A DNA stretch of 64,000 nt from Planctomycetota bacterium (lineage in GTDB: Bacteria > Planctomycetota > Phycisphaerae > UBA1845), in contig JAJRPG010000085.1 in NCBI GenBank assembly GCA_024280855.1, forward strand, positions 47,190-111,189, written 5' to 3'. Made by a program: the position numbers and the translations under genes. The notes under the pieces were generated by a model that was given only the letters and a program-made list of their open reading frames with translations, was not told where the DNA came from and did not search any database. This document shows positions 8,597 through 16,920 of this stretch, piece by piece; positions within the stretch are counted from its first letter, which is position 1; each line of letters starts with the position of its first letter.

Positions 8597-8997
8597 CTAG
8601 GTGTGATTGTTAGCGCCAATTCCATGATTGGCTGGTGTTCGTTATATAGTTCTCTGCCTTTACAAGCCCGTGTCTGGCCAAAAGTTCTGCGGGGAAATCA
8701 TCACGATTTGTCAGTGTGAGTGTACACTTTTCGATATGACGTGATTGTTTGGATGCTGGCTGAAAATAAATTTGCTTAATTTTGTTTTTGTTATGTGGCA
8801 ATCGCCTATAATGGATAGAGTATCGAAGCTGTTGTCTGGTTGTCACGGGACTGGAATGATATGGGACCGGGAAAAGTGGTATAAGCCGTATAGATGTTAG
8901 AAGCAGATATGACCATGAAATCAACCTATTTTAACCTTTCCATTGGGGATGTTACCTACGGGTTCCATACTCAGGAAACGTTTGGCCATGAGCATTC

Positions 8998-11900
8998 ATG
9001 CCCTTTGAGGTCATCATGCTATTTGCGCGAAAAAGTCTTGTGGCCTGCAGGATTTCGATTCGGCTTTTAATACCCGGGGGGGCTGCCGTGATCGTTTGTG
9101 AATCGAAAGTTGTTACCAAGTCTTTGTACCATGCCTTTTTTTGTCTATTGACTGGCTGCTTGTTGATGTTGGGGGCGTGTAATAGTGCGCCAGATATATC
9201 TTCTGGCGGGACCAACCAAGCGTCTGACACTGGAGATCCAAGTTCTGATTCTATGCCAGGTGACACTGTTGTTGTTATTGGAGCGGCTGATACCGGAGCG
9301 GATGACGACGACTTGTCACTCATCGCCAAGGCGGATGATTCGACGGACGGGCTTTGGCAGATTGGCGTCGAATCGAAGCGGCGCGTTTCATTGAATGAAT
9401 TCCGGTATGAATGGGATTTCGGAACCGGCGAGATTTTCACCGGCATGATGCAGCGCCGCGTATTTTCTAGCGCGGGTTTGTATACGATAACAGTAAAGGT
9501 GTTTAATCGAAATGACGTTGTTGTAGCTACACTTACTTTGGAAATTGATATTACGGCCCCTGGTGAACCGCCGGTGGCTGACGCTGGTCCTAATCAGGTG
9601 ACGCTTGAGGGCGACTTTGTGTTGCTTGATGGTGCAAATAGCAACGATCCCGCAGATGCGCCGCTGCTTTTCACGTGGACACAAATAGGCGGAACGCCAG
9701 TCTCTTTGGCTAATGCTGATGGCACGGTGGCAAGTTTCGCTGCGCCGCTCGTTGATGAAGACGAAACTATTCAATTCAAGCTTGCGGTGAGTAACGGTGT
9801 TAGTGTTGTCGAGGATATAGTTTTTGTTGATATTTTGAATCGAATCGATAATTCCACCAATACCCTAGTCGTTTATGCCGGTGAAGATCAGACGGTGGCT
9901 ATCGGAGAAACGGTTACGCTGGACGGTAGCCGAAGTAGCAGCACGGATGGGCCGTTATCGTTTTTGTGGACTCAGGTTTCCGGTACGTCGGTGACTATCA
10001 ATGGCGTTACAAGCAACATGGCTACTTTTGTAGCGCCGAATGTTTCCTCTGCGGACCTGTTGACATTCGAGTTAATAGCTTCTGAAGGTAGCCAAATTTC
10101 TCAGGATTTGGTTAACGTGACGGTTGAAGCGAGCGTGACTGATGACTGTCCGAGTGATGCGAATAAAACTGATCCCGGGCAGTGCGGATGCGGCATTGCG
10201 GATACGGATTCTGATGGCGACGGTGTGCTTGATTGTAATGACGGGTGTCCAAATGATCCTGGTAAAAGTGATCCGGGCACTTGTGGGTGTGGTGTTTCGG
10301 ATGTTGATGCGAATGGTGATGGTGTCGCGGATTGTACCGATCAATGTCCCGATGATCCTAATAAAAGCTCACCAGGCCAATGTGGCTGTGGCGTGAGTGA
10401 TACTGATTCCGACAACGATGGTACGCCCGATTGCAATGATGGATGTCCTGGCGATGCGAATAAAATCGTGGTTGGGATATGCGGCTGTGGCGAGCTGGAT
10501 GTTGATACCGACGGGGACGGGGCGTTGGATTGTAACGACCAGTGCCCAGCTGACGCGAACAAAACTCTGCCGGGGATATGTGGCTGCGGAAGAGCGGATG
10601 TCGATGGCGACGGTGATGGCGCTCTTGATTGTAACGATCAATGTCCCAAGGATGCCAACAAAACGCTAGCGGGTGTGTGCGGATGTGGGAATGTCGACAA
10701 GGATGTTAATGGAGATGGCATTTGTGACTCGCAGGCGCCTACGGTTAGCGACCAAAGTGCTACGACCAATCAAGACTCAGCGAAAACCATTACACTGGCT
10801 GGTATTGATTTAGACGGCGATGATCTGACGTTTAGCATTACGTCCGGGCCAGGTAACGGCTCGTTGGGTTCGGTGAATAATAGTGGGACGAGTAGTGCGA
10901 CAGTGGTTTATACCCCCACGGTTGGTTTTTCTGGCACAGACACTTTTGACTTCAAGGCGAATGATGGCGCGATAGATTCTAATGTCGGGACCGTAACGAT
11001 TACTGTCAGCGCCGTGTCGCAAAATCTGACGCTAAGTTTTTCGACCTATTTAGGCGGTAGCAGTGAAGATACGATTCGTGATGTCGTTGTTGATGCAGCT
11101 GGGTTTATATATGTTACTGGCGGCACGAGGTCTTCGGATTTCCCCACGACGGCTGGGGCTTATGACCGGACATTGAATACTGGCAGTTCGTTGGTGCATG
11201 ATGTTTTCGTAGTGAAGTATTCGCCAGCAGGTAGCATCGTTTGGTCTACTCTGCTAGGCGGGCCTGGCTACGATCGCGCATATGCGATTGAAGTGGATCA
11301 AGCGGGTTTTGTATATGTTGGCGGTAGGGCTGGGGCTGGTTTCCCAACGACTAGCGGCGTTTTGCAGCCCAATTTTGCAGGTGATGTTGATCCGAATAAT
11401 AAATATGGCACTCAGGACGGATTTGTCGCTAAACTTTCGCCTGATGGCTCAAGCCTTGTTTGGTCAACATATTTTGGCGACGACGACCGTGCGTTTATTC
11501 GAGATATTGATATCGACAGCCAGGGTTTTGTTTATTTGGCTTTGGCTGAGCTTTCGCGCACGAATCCTCATGTGACAAGCGGGGCGTATCAAACAAGTCA
11601 TGGCGGCTCTACGGATGGCGTCATTGCGAAGTTATCTACAGATGCGACGCAGGTGATGTGGGCTAGTTACTTCGGGGGCAGTGGTCGTGATGTCGGCACG
11701 CCGTCCATTCGGGTGGACTCCTTTGGGCAAGTTCATGTGCTTGGGTTTACGAGTTCAACTAATATCCCTACGACAGCAGGGGCTTATGACCGCACGTTTA
11801 ATGGCGGCAAGGGGGATTTGCATTTAGCGAAGTTTTCGGCAGATGGTTCGCAGTTGCTTTATGGAACCTATCTGGGTGGGTCCGATGTTGAGTTCACTGA

Positions 11901-12468
11901 GACGCATGGGCTGGCGCTGGATAGTGCGGGCAATGCGTATGTAGCTGCGACGACCAGGTCTACGAATTTTCCGACGACGAGCGGTGCGTTTCAAAGGGCG
12001 TATGGCGGAAATGGCGGGTCTGGAACAGGTAGCGGGACGAATTATTCCGGCGATGGTTTTGTTGCTAAAATCTCGGCAAATGGTTCTACCTTGTTATCTA
12101 GCACGTTCCTTGGTGGTCGATATGGCGATGGTGTTGAAGGCATTTCAGTGATGTCAAATGGTGATGTGTTTGTAGCGGGTACGACATTTTCTGATAATTT
12201 TCCTACCACGGCGGATGCTTACCAGAGCAATGGCGGGACCAAGGGCGACTTCTTCGGCGCGTTGCTTGCCAGTGATTTGTCATCCGTAAAATATGTGAGT
12301 TATTTAGGTGGTAGTCGCGACGATTACGGTCGAAGTGCAGCGACGGATGACAATGGCTTTGTGTACGTTGTTGGTCATACTAAATCGACGAATTGGCCCA
12401 GACTCAACGCCGCGCAGACTACGCTAGGCGGAAGTTTGGATGGGGGGATTGCTAAATTCGCGTACTAG
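8998..12468 (+). CDS. Large secreted or lipid-anchored surface protein: PKD-like Ig domains, six TSP3-like Ca-binding/Cys repeats, a cadherin/Ig-like domain and SBBP beta-propeller repeats
   Basis: Lipobox-like LLMLGAC near the N-terminus. Two PKD-like segments (PVADAGPNQ..., VYAGEDQTV...). Repeats of the form DxDxDGxxDCxDxCPxDxxKxxPGxCGCG. An FSGTDTFDFKANDG...VTITV domain. Recurrent xFVxKxSxDGSxLxxSTYLGG propeller repeats. A GTG at 9088 is an alternative start. Confidence 0.85.
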   Translation: MPFEVIMLFARKSLVACRISIRLLIPGGAAVIVCESKVVTKSLYHAFFCLLTGCLLMLGACNSAPDISSGGTNQASDTGDPSSDSMPGDTVVVIGAADTGADDDDLSLIAKADDSTDGLWQIGVESKRRVSLNEFRYEWDFGTGEIFTGMMQRRVFSSAGLYTITVKVFNRNDVVVATLTLEIDITAPGEPPVADAGPNQVTLEGDFVLLDGANSNDPADAPLLFTWTQIGGTPVSLANADGTVASFAAPLVDEDETIQFKLAVSNGVSVVEDIVFVDILNRIDNSTNTLVVYAGEDQTVAIGETVTLDGSRSSSTDGPLSFLWTQVSGTSVTINGVTSNMATFVAPNVSSADLLTFELIASEGSQISQDLVNVTVEASVTDDCPSDANKTDPGQCGCGIADTDSDGDGVLDCNDGCPNDPGKSDPGTCGCGVSDVDANGDGVADCTDQCPDDPNKSSPGQCGCGVSDTDSDNDGTPDCNDGCPGDANKIVVGICGCGELDVDTDGDGALDCNDQCPADANKTLPGICGCGRADVDGDGDGALDCNDQCPKDANKTLAGVCGCGNVDKDVNGDGICDSQAPTVSDQSATTNQDSAKTITLAGIDLDGDDLTFSITSGPGNGSLGSVNNSGTSSATVVYTPTVGFSGTDTFDFKANDGAIDSNVGTVTITVSAVSQNLTLSFSTYLGGSSEDTIRDVVVDAAGFIYVTGGTRSSDFPTTAGAYDRTLNTGSSLVHDVFVVKYSPAGSIVWSTLLGGPGYDRAYAIEVDQAGFVYVGGRAGAGFPTTSGVLQPNFAGDVDPNNKYGTQDGFVAKLSPDGSSLVWSTYFGDDDRAFIRDIDIDSQGFVYLALAELSRTNPHVTSGAYQTSHGGSTDGVIAKLSTDATQVMWASYFGGSGRDVGTPSIRVDSFGQVHVLGFTSSTNIPTTAGAYDRTFNGGKGDLHLAKFSADGSQLLYGTYLGGSDVEFTETHGLALDSAGNAYVAATTRSTNFPTTSGAFQRAYGGNGGSGTGSGTNYSGDGFVAKISANGSTLLSSTFLGGRYGDGVEGISVMSNGDVFVAGTTFSDNFPTTADAYQSNGGTKGDFFGALLASDLSSVKYVSYLGGSRDDYGRSAATDDNGFVYVVGHTKSTNWPRLNAAQTTLGGSLDGGIAKFAY
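10141..10734 (+). repeat. Six tandem 99-nt (33-aa) coding repeats (TSP3-like Asp-rich plus CGCG module)
   Basis: Six consecutive units starting DDCPSDANKTDPGQCGCGIADTDSDGDGVLDCN. The spurious alternate-frame ORFs at 10072..10669 mirror the periodicity. Confidence 0.85.
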
Positions 12469-12515
12469 AATTGTGGCTATAGCAGCGGATTCGCATCGAT
12501 GCCAGTAAACAATGG

Positions 12516-12673
12516 GTGCAAGACAGATTAGGCGGGATGGGCACACCGAGTCGGGGTCAGAGCCGCACGGCGCAAGCCTGCGGGCAAGTCTTGTGAATCT
12601 ATGGGTAGCGAAGACATGCCACCAGGCTCGCGCTAGGTGCTCTGACATGAATCGCCGCAATTCTGTCTTGCAC
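12516..12673. mobile_element. MITE-like non-coding element, copy A (158 bp, 12-bp perfect terminal inverted repeats, imperfect palindromic core)
   Basis: TIR GTGCAAGACAGA (12516-12527) pairs with TCTGTCTTGCAC (12662-12673). Flanking direct repeat cagtaaacaatgg (12503-12515) versus cagtaaacgatgg (12674-12686). The core is shared with 23542..23685. Confidence 0.5.
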
Positions 12674-12723
12674 CAGTAAACGATGGCTAGCTAGCGTGGC
12701 TGTGTTGCTGTAAAGTGCCGTCC

Positions 12724-15066
12724 ATGAGACGGATAATTAGAAATGATGCTTGGCGGTGCTGCGGTCTAATGGTCTTGCTGTTTGTTTGCGCAGGACAAAT
12801 CGCAATCGCGCAGGATAGTGGTACATCAAAACAGGGCGACGCTGCGACTAAGGCTGCGACTAAGGCTGCGGCTGATTCCGCGGCTTCGGATAAGAAATCT
12901 GCTAAACAAATCAAGCCTCGACGCACGCTCGATCTTAGTAATCCGCGTGCGACGATGCAGACATTTCTGCTAGCGATGCAGGATGCCGTCGGTGAGCATC
13001 CAGAGCGCATAAACGATGCGGTTCAATGTTTGAATCTTTCAGAGCTGGAAGGTGATGAAGCTGCGAAGTCTGAGCGAGCGCAGCGATTAGCTACGCGCTT
13101 GCATGTTGTTGTGGATAAGATCGCAGTGCGCCTTGATGATATTCCGGAAAATCCTGAATCACTATCGTTTATAGTTTACGCTTTCGGTGCTGACGAAGAT
13201 GGGCATGATGCTTCGCAGATTGTTATTGCGAGCGATCCTGTTGCGAGCGCGTGGCTGTTTACGCCGCAGACTTTGTCGTCGATGGTTTCGTTTGAGCAGT
13301 CGGTAGCGGAGACGGTAAAGCCTGATGAGGCGAAGGATTCTGACGTGCCAGCGGCTCGTCGGTCTGCGCGAGCAGCGATGGGCGGATTTCTGAAGGCGAT
13401 GAATGCCACGCCGCAAGATACAGAGCAAGCTTTGCATTTCCTGGACCCTACAGGCCGAGATGCGGAAGTTTGGGATGTGCGCGGTAAAGAGATAGCTATA
13501 AAGCTGAAAAACGTGTTGGACAAAATCAAGGAGGTCGTGCTTCTCGATATTCCAGACGACCCGGCTGGTGAGACGTATGTTTGGTATCAGTCGAGTGATG
13601 GGGCTTCGCGCATCGCGATGGCGAGAATTGCAGAAGTGCCCAAATTTCCCAAGGATTGGAAATACACGCCGCAAAAAGGTGAATGGCGTATCTCGTCGCA
13701 GACGTTGGATGCGGTTGATGTGCTGTATGGCGAATTTGAGGATAAACAAATCGTGCAAGCATTGCGCGAAGCGGGCGTTGAGGAATCGTTGTCGCTGACG
13801 ATGCAACTTGAACGCATAATGCCGCCTCGACTGCGAGAGGATTTTCTTGGCCTGACGTTGTGGAAGTGGTGTGCGCTGCTTTTGTTTATTCCTGCTGGTT
13901 GGCTGATTCAGTTGGTCACTGCTTTTATCGCTTCGATTTTGCTTCGTAATTGGTTGCAACGACAACGGCTGGATTTAGAAATCAAAGCCCGGCGGCAGAC
14001 GGCTCGCTCTATTGGGGCGGTGTTGACCGTTTTGGTCTGGTATTACGCGATTCAGTTTTTAGCTTTACCTGAGCAGTTACTGGGGACACTGGCACGCGGG
14101 CTAAAACTCGCACTTGGTTTGACGACGGTGTGGGTTGGCTATCGTGTGGTTGACATCATCGGGGGCAAGATTGCGTCCACGAAGGAAGTTCAGCTAACAC
14201 GTTTCGATGACGTGCTGATTCCGATGTTGCGAAAAATCCTTCGCGTTCTTGTCGTTGTGGTCACGCTGATTTTTGTGGTGCAATGGATGGGGCAAGATTG
14301 GACGACGCTGCTGGGGGCCTTGGGCGTCGGTGGTGTGGCGTTAGCTTTTGCCGCGCAGGATACGATTGGTAACTTTTTCGGTTCGATTACCGTTTTGTTT
14401 GACCGCCCTTTTGGCATTGGCGACTGGATTGTCATGGGCGATGTTGAGGGCACGGTGGAGCGGGTTGGTTTTCGTTCTACCCGGGTGCGGACTTTTTATA
14501 ATTCCGTGATAACCGTGCCTAATGCAAAAATGATTAATATGAACGTCGATAACTACGGCGCTCGCTCGTTTCGTCGGGTGCGCATTATGTTATCGCTTAC
14601 TTATAGTACGCCGCCTGCGAAGATAGATGCGTTTTGCGAAGGTGTTCGTGAACTGTTGCGGCTTCATCCTTACACAAGAAAAGACTATTACCAGGTGTAT
14701 TTCAATCAGTTCGCAGCTTCCTCGCTTGATGTGCTATTGTATGCTTTTTTTGAAGTGCCGGATTGGAGCACGGAGCTGCGCGAGCGTCATAATTTATTCT
14801 TAGACATTATGCGTTTAGCTAAGCGGCTTGGCGTTGAGTTCGCCTATCCCACGACGACTATTTGGATGGAGCGTGCGAAGCGCGGTGAAGGGAAGGGTTT
14901 AGGCGATGTCGATAAATTCCCTGCGGACGCTCACGCTGCGGACGCTCACGCTGCGGGCGTTTCTCACGCGGCTGAATTGTTTGAGCAGGCGTATGGACAG
15001 CCTACGAAAAAGCCTTCGCCTGTAGTAATTGAAACATCGCCTCGTTCTCAACGGCCAAGCAAATGA
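12724..15066 (+). CDS. Mechanosensitive ion channel (MscS family) with a large N-terminal periplasmic domain
   Basis: Signal peptide MRRIIRNDAWRCCGLMVLLFVCAGQIAIAQ. MscS core GNFFGSITVLFDRPFGIGDWIVMGDVEGTVERVGFRSTRVRTFYNSVITVPN. The ORF opens at GTG 12715. Confidence 0.85.
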   Translation: MRRIIRNDAWRCCGLMVLLFVCAGQIAIAQDSGTSKQGDAATKAATKAAADSAASDKKSAKQIKPRRTLDLSNPRATMQTFLLAMQDAVGEHPERINDAVQCLNLSELEGDEAAKSERAQRLATRLHVVVDKIAVRLDDIPENPESLSFIVYAFGADEDGHDASQIVIASDPVASAWLFTPQTLSSMVSFEQSVAETVKPDEAKDSDVPAARRSARAAMGGFLKAMNATPQDTEQALHFLDPTGRDAEVWDVRGKEIAIKLKNVLDKIKEVVLLDIPDDPAGETYVWYQSSDGASRIAMARIAEVPKFPKDWKYTPQKGEWRISSQTLDAVDVLYGEFEDKQIVQALREAGVEESLSLTMQLERIMPPRLREDFLGLTLWKWCALLLFIPAGWLIQLVTAFIASILLRNWLQRQRLDLEIKARRQTARSIGAVLTVLVWYYAIQFLALPEQLLGTLARGLKLALGLTTVWVGYRVVDIIGGKIASTKEVQLTRFDDVLIPMLRKILRVLVVVVTLIFVVQWMGQDWTTLLGALGVGGVALAFAAQDTIGNFFGSITVLFDRPFGIGDWIVMGDVEGTVERVGFRSTRVRTFYNSVITVPNAKMINMNVDNYGARSFRRVRIMLSLTYSTPPAKIDAFCEGVRELLRLHPYTRKDYYQVYFNQFAASSLDVLLYAFFEVPDWSTELRERHNLFLDIMRLAKRLGVEFAYPTTTIWMERAKRGEGKGLGDVDKFPADAHAADAHAAGVSHAAELFEQAYGQPTKKPSPVVIETSPRSQRPSK

Positions 15067-15114
15067 TGCTTCATCTTAGTGGTCAAAATGGCCAAGCATT
15101 CGAGAGGTTAAGCT

Positions 15115-16920
15115 TTGCCTGAGTCCGGTCTATTACAGTTAGCAGGTATCGTCGTGCTTGGCGTCGCGGCTCAGTGGATTGCCTGGCGCGTGGGGTTGCC
15201 GTCAATTCTGTTACTGCTTACAGGTGGTTTATTGGCTGGTCCTGTGACTGGTTGGCTTAAGCCCGATGCGCTATTCGGGGAGTTGCTGGCGCCGTTCGTA
15301 TCCTTGTCCGTCGCGCTGATTCTTTTTGAAGGCGGGCTGACGCTAAAACTTAGCGAGTTGCCGAAAATCGGCGGATTGGTGCGCAATCTTGTTACTATCG
15401 GAGCCGCGATTACCTGGATAATCACAGCGGCTGCGGCGCACTATATTCTTGGCTTGCCCAATTCTTTATCCGCATTACTCGCCGCGATTTTAGTGGTTAC
15501 AGGCCCAACTGTCATTGGCCCCATGTTGCGACATATCAGGCCAACGGGTGTCGTGGGTCCGGCACTTCGATGGGAGGGTATCGTCATTGATCCCATCGGG
15601 GCGCTGCTAACGGTTCTCATTTTTGAAGTGCTGGTCATCGGTGAAGCGAAGGAAGCCTCTGTACATATAGCTATTGCTTTGTTGAAAACGGTTTTCGTTG
15701 GCGGCGGATTAGGACTCTTAGCTGCGGGCTTAATGATTTTGTTGCTCAAGCGATATTGGGTGGCGGACCATTTACAAAGCGCGTTTGCGGTGATGTTGGT
15801 GATGGCTTCATTTGCGCTTTCGGATTCCGTGCAGCATGAGTCGGGCTTGTTAGCTGTGACCGTTATGGGATTTGTTTTAGCCAATCAAAAGCAGGTTGAA
15901 GTTGAGCAAATCGTCGAGTTCAAAGAAAATTTGCAGGTGTTGTTGTTATCGATTTTGTTTATCGTGTTAGCTGCTCGTTTGGATCCAGAAGTATTGTCCA
16001 GTTTTGGCTGGCGCGAAGTTGGCTTTGTTTTAGCCCTTATTTTAGTGGCTCGACCTGCGGCTGTGTTTGTTTCTACGATGGGAAAGTCGCTGGAATTTGG
16101 TCAGCGGGTATTCTTGTCCTGGATGGCGCCGCGAGGAATTGTAGCGGCTGCGGTTGCTTCGGTGTTTGCGATTCGACTAGAAGCGCAGGGGATGGCTGGG
16201 GCAGAGGTGTTAGTGCCTATCACGTTTTTAACCATTATTGCTACTGTTGCAGTTTACGGATTAACCGCCCCGATATTGGCTCATCGCTTAGGCGTTGCAG
16301 AGTCTAGTCCGCAGGGCGTGTTATTCGTAGGCGCGCAGTCTTGGGTGCGCGACATGGCTATCGTTTTGCAGCGTGAGGGATTTCGTGTCTTGCTGGTTGA
16401 CGCGAATCGAGACAACATCCGCGAAGCACGCATGGCTGGTCTTCCCACATTTCATGGCAGCATATTAGCCGAGCAGGTACTCGATAAAATTGAATTGGGT
16501 GGCCTGGGAAAATTAATCGCCTCAACGCCGAATGATTGGGTAAACATTTTAACGGTAAGGCGATTCGCTCGGATATTTGGTAAAGTCAATTGCTTTCAGG
16601 TGATGGCTCGGCAAAGCGATAATCATGACGATAGGCATCGCTATTTGAGAGGGCGAAGGCTGTGGTCGCAGGATGTTTCTCATGCGGGGATGGCTAGCCG
16701 ATTGGCGTCTTCGCACGAGGTGAAAGCGACGAAAATTTCGGAGCAGTTTGATTACGACGCTTACCAGAAGCAATATGGTGCAGATGCGATTCCGCTGTTT
16801 GTGATTCATGAGGGCAAAAAGTTAGAGCCTGTGACAGCCGATGAGCCGGTGGTCCCGCAGCCTGATAGTGTGTTGATTGGACTCGTTCGAGAGGAAAAGG
16901 ATAAGCATGACGAACGGTAA
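15115..16920 (+). CDS. Cation/proton antiporter (CPA1, Na+/H+ exchanger family) with a C-terminal RCK/TrkA-N-like domain
   Basis: About 12 TM segments, with LFEGGL and SWMAPRGIVAAAVAS motifs. The C-terminal soluble domain begins VLFVGAQSWVRDMAIVLQREGFRVLLVD. TTG start. Confidence 0.82.
   Translation: MPESGLLQLAGIVVLGVAAQWIAWRVGLPSILLLLTGGLLAGPVTGWLKPDALFGELLAPFVSLSVALILFEGGLTLKLSELPKIGGLVRNLVTIGAAITWIITAAAAHYILGLPNSLSALLAAILVVTGPTVIGPMLRHIRPTGVVGPALRWEGIVIDPIGALLTVLIFEVLVIGEAKEASVHIAIALLKTVFVGGGLGLLAAGLMILLLKRYWVADHLQSAFAVMLVMASFALSDSVQHESGLLAVTVMGFVLANQKQVEVEQIVEFKENLQVLLLSILFIVLAARLDPEVLSSFGWREVGFVLALILVARPAAVFVSTMGKSLEFGQRVFLSWMAPRGIVAAAVASVFAIRLEAQGMAGAEVLVPITFLTIIATVAVYGLTAPILAHRLGVAESSPQGVLFVGAQSWVRDMAIVLQREGFRVLLVDANRDNIREARMAGLPTFHGSILAEQVLDKIELGGLGKLIASTPNDWVNILTVRRFARIFGKVNCFQVMARQSDNHDDRHRYLRGRRLWSQDVSHAGMASRLASSHEVKATKISEQFDYDAYQKQYGADAIPLFVIHEGKKLEPVTADEPVVPQPDSVLIGLVREEKDKHDER

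Noticed and set aside
8610-9446. Minus-strand ORFs 8610..8924 and 8952..9446
   Set aside because: They have no motifs. The second is antisense to the 5' end of the large surface-protein gene, and the first lies in an AT-rich promoter region.
10072-10669. Several 73-90-aa ORFs on both strands over the TSP3-like repeat array
   Set aside because: They are periodic artefacts of the 99-nt coding repeat. Their translations are repetitive Ile/Arg/Thr strings.
12841-12864. Tandem 12-nt duplication (gctgcgactaag x2), and a 15-nt duplication at 14921..14950, inside the MscS gene
   Set aside because: Both are short in-frame duplications (ATKA x2, ADAHA x2) in low-complexity linkers and have no evident significance beyond slippage.
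13162-13965. 267-aa ORF (and the nested 13176..13529 and 13526..13762 ORFs) antisense to the MscS gene
   Set aside because: Arg/Ser/His-rich low-complexity translation with no motifs. The opposite strand carries an unambiguous MscS-family protein, so this is an antisense artefact.
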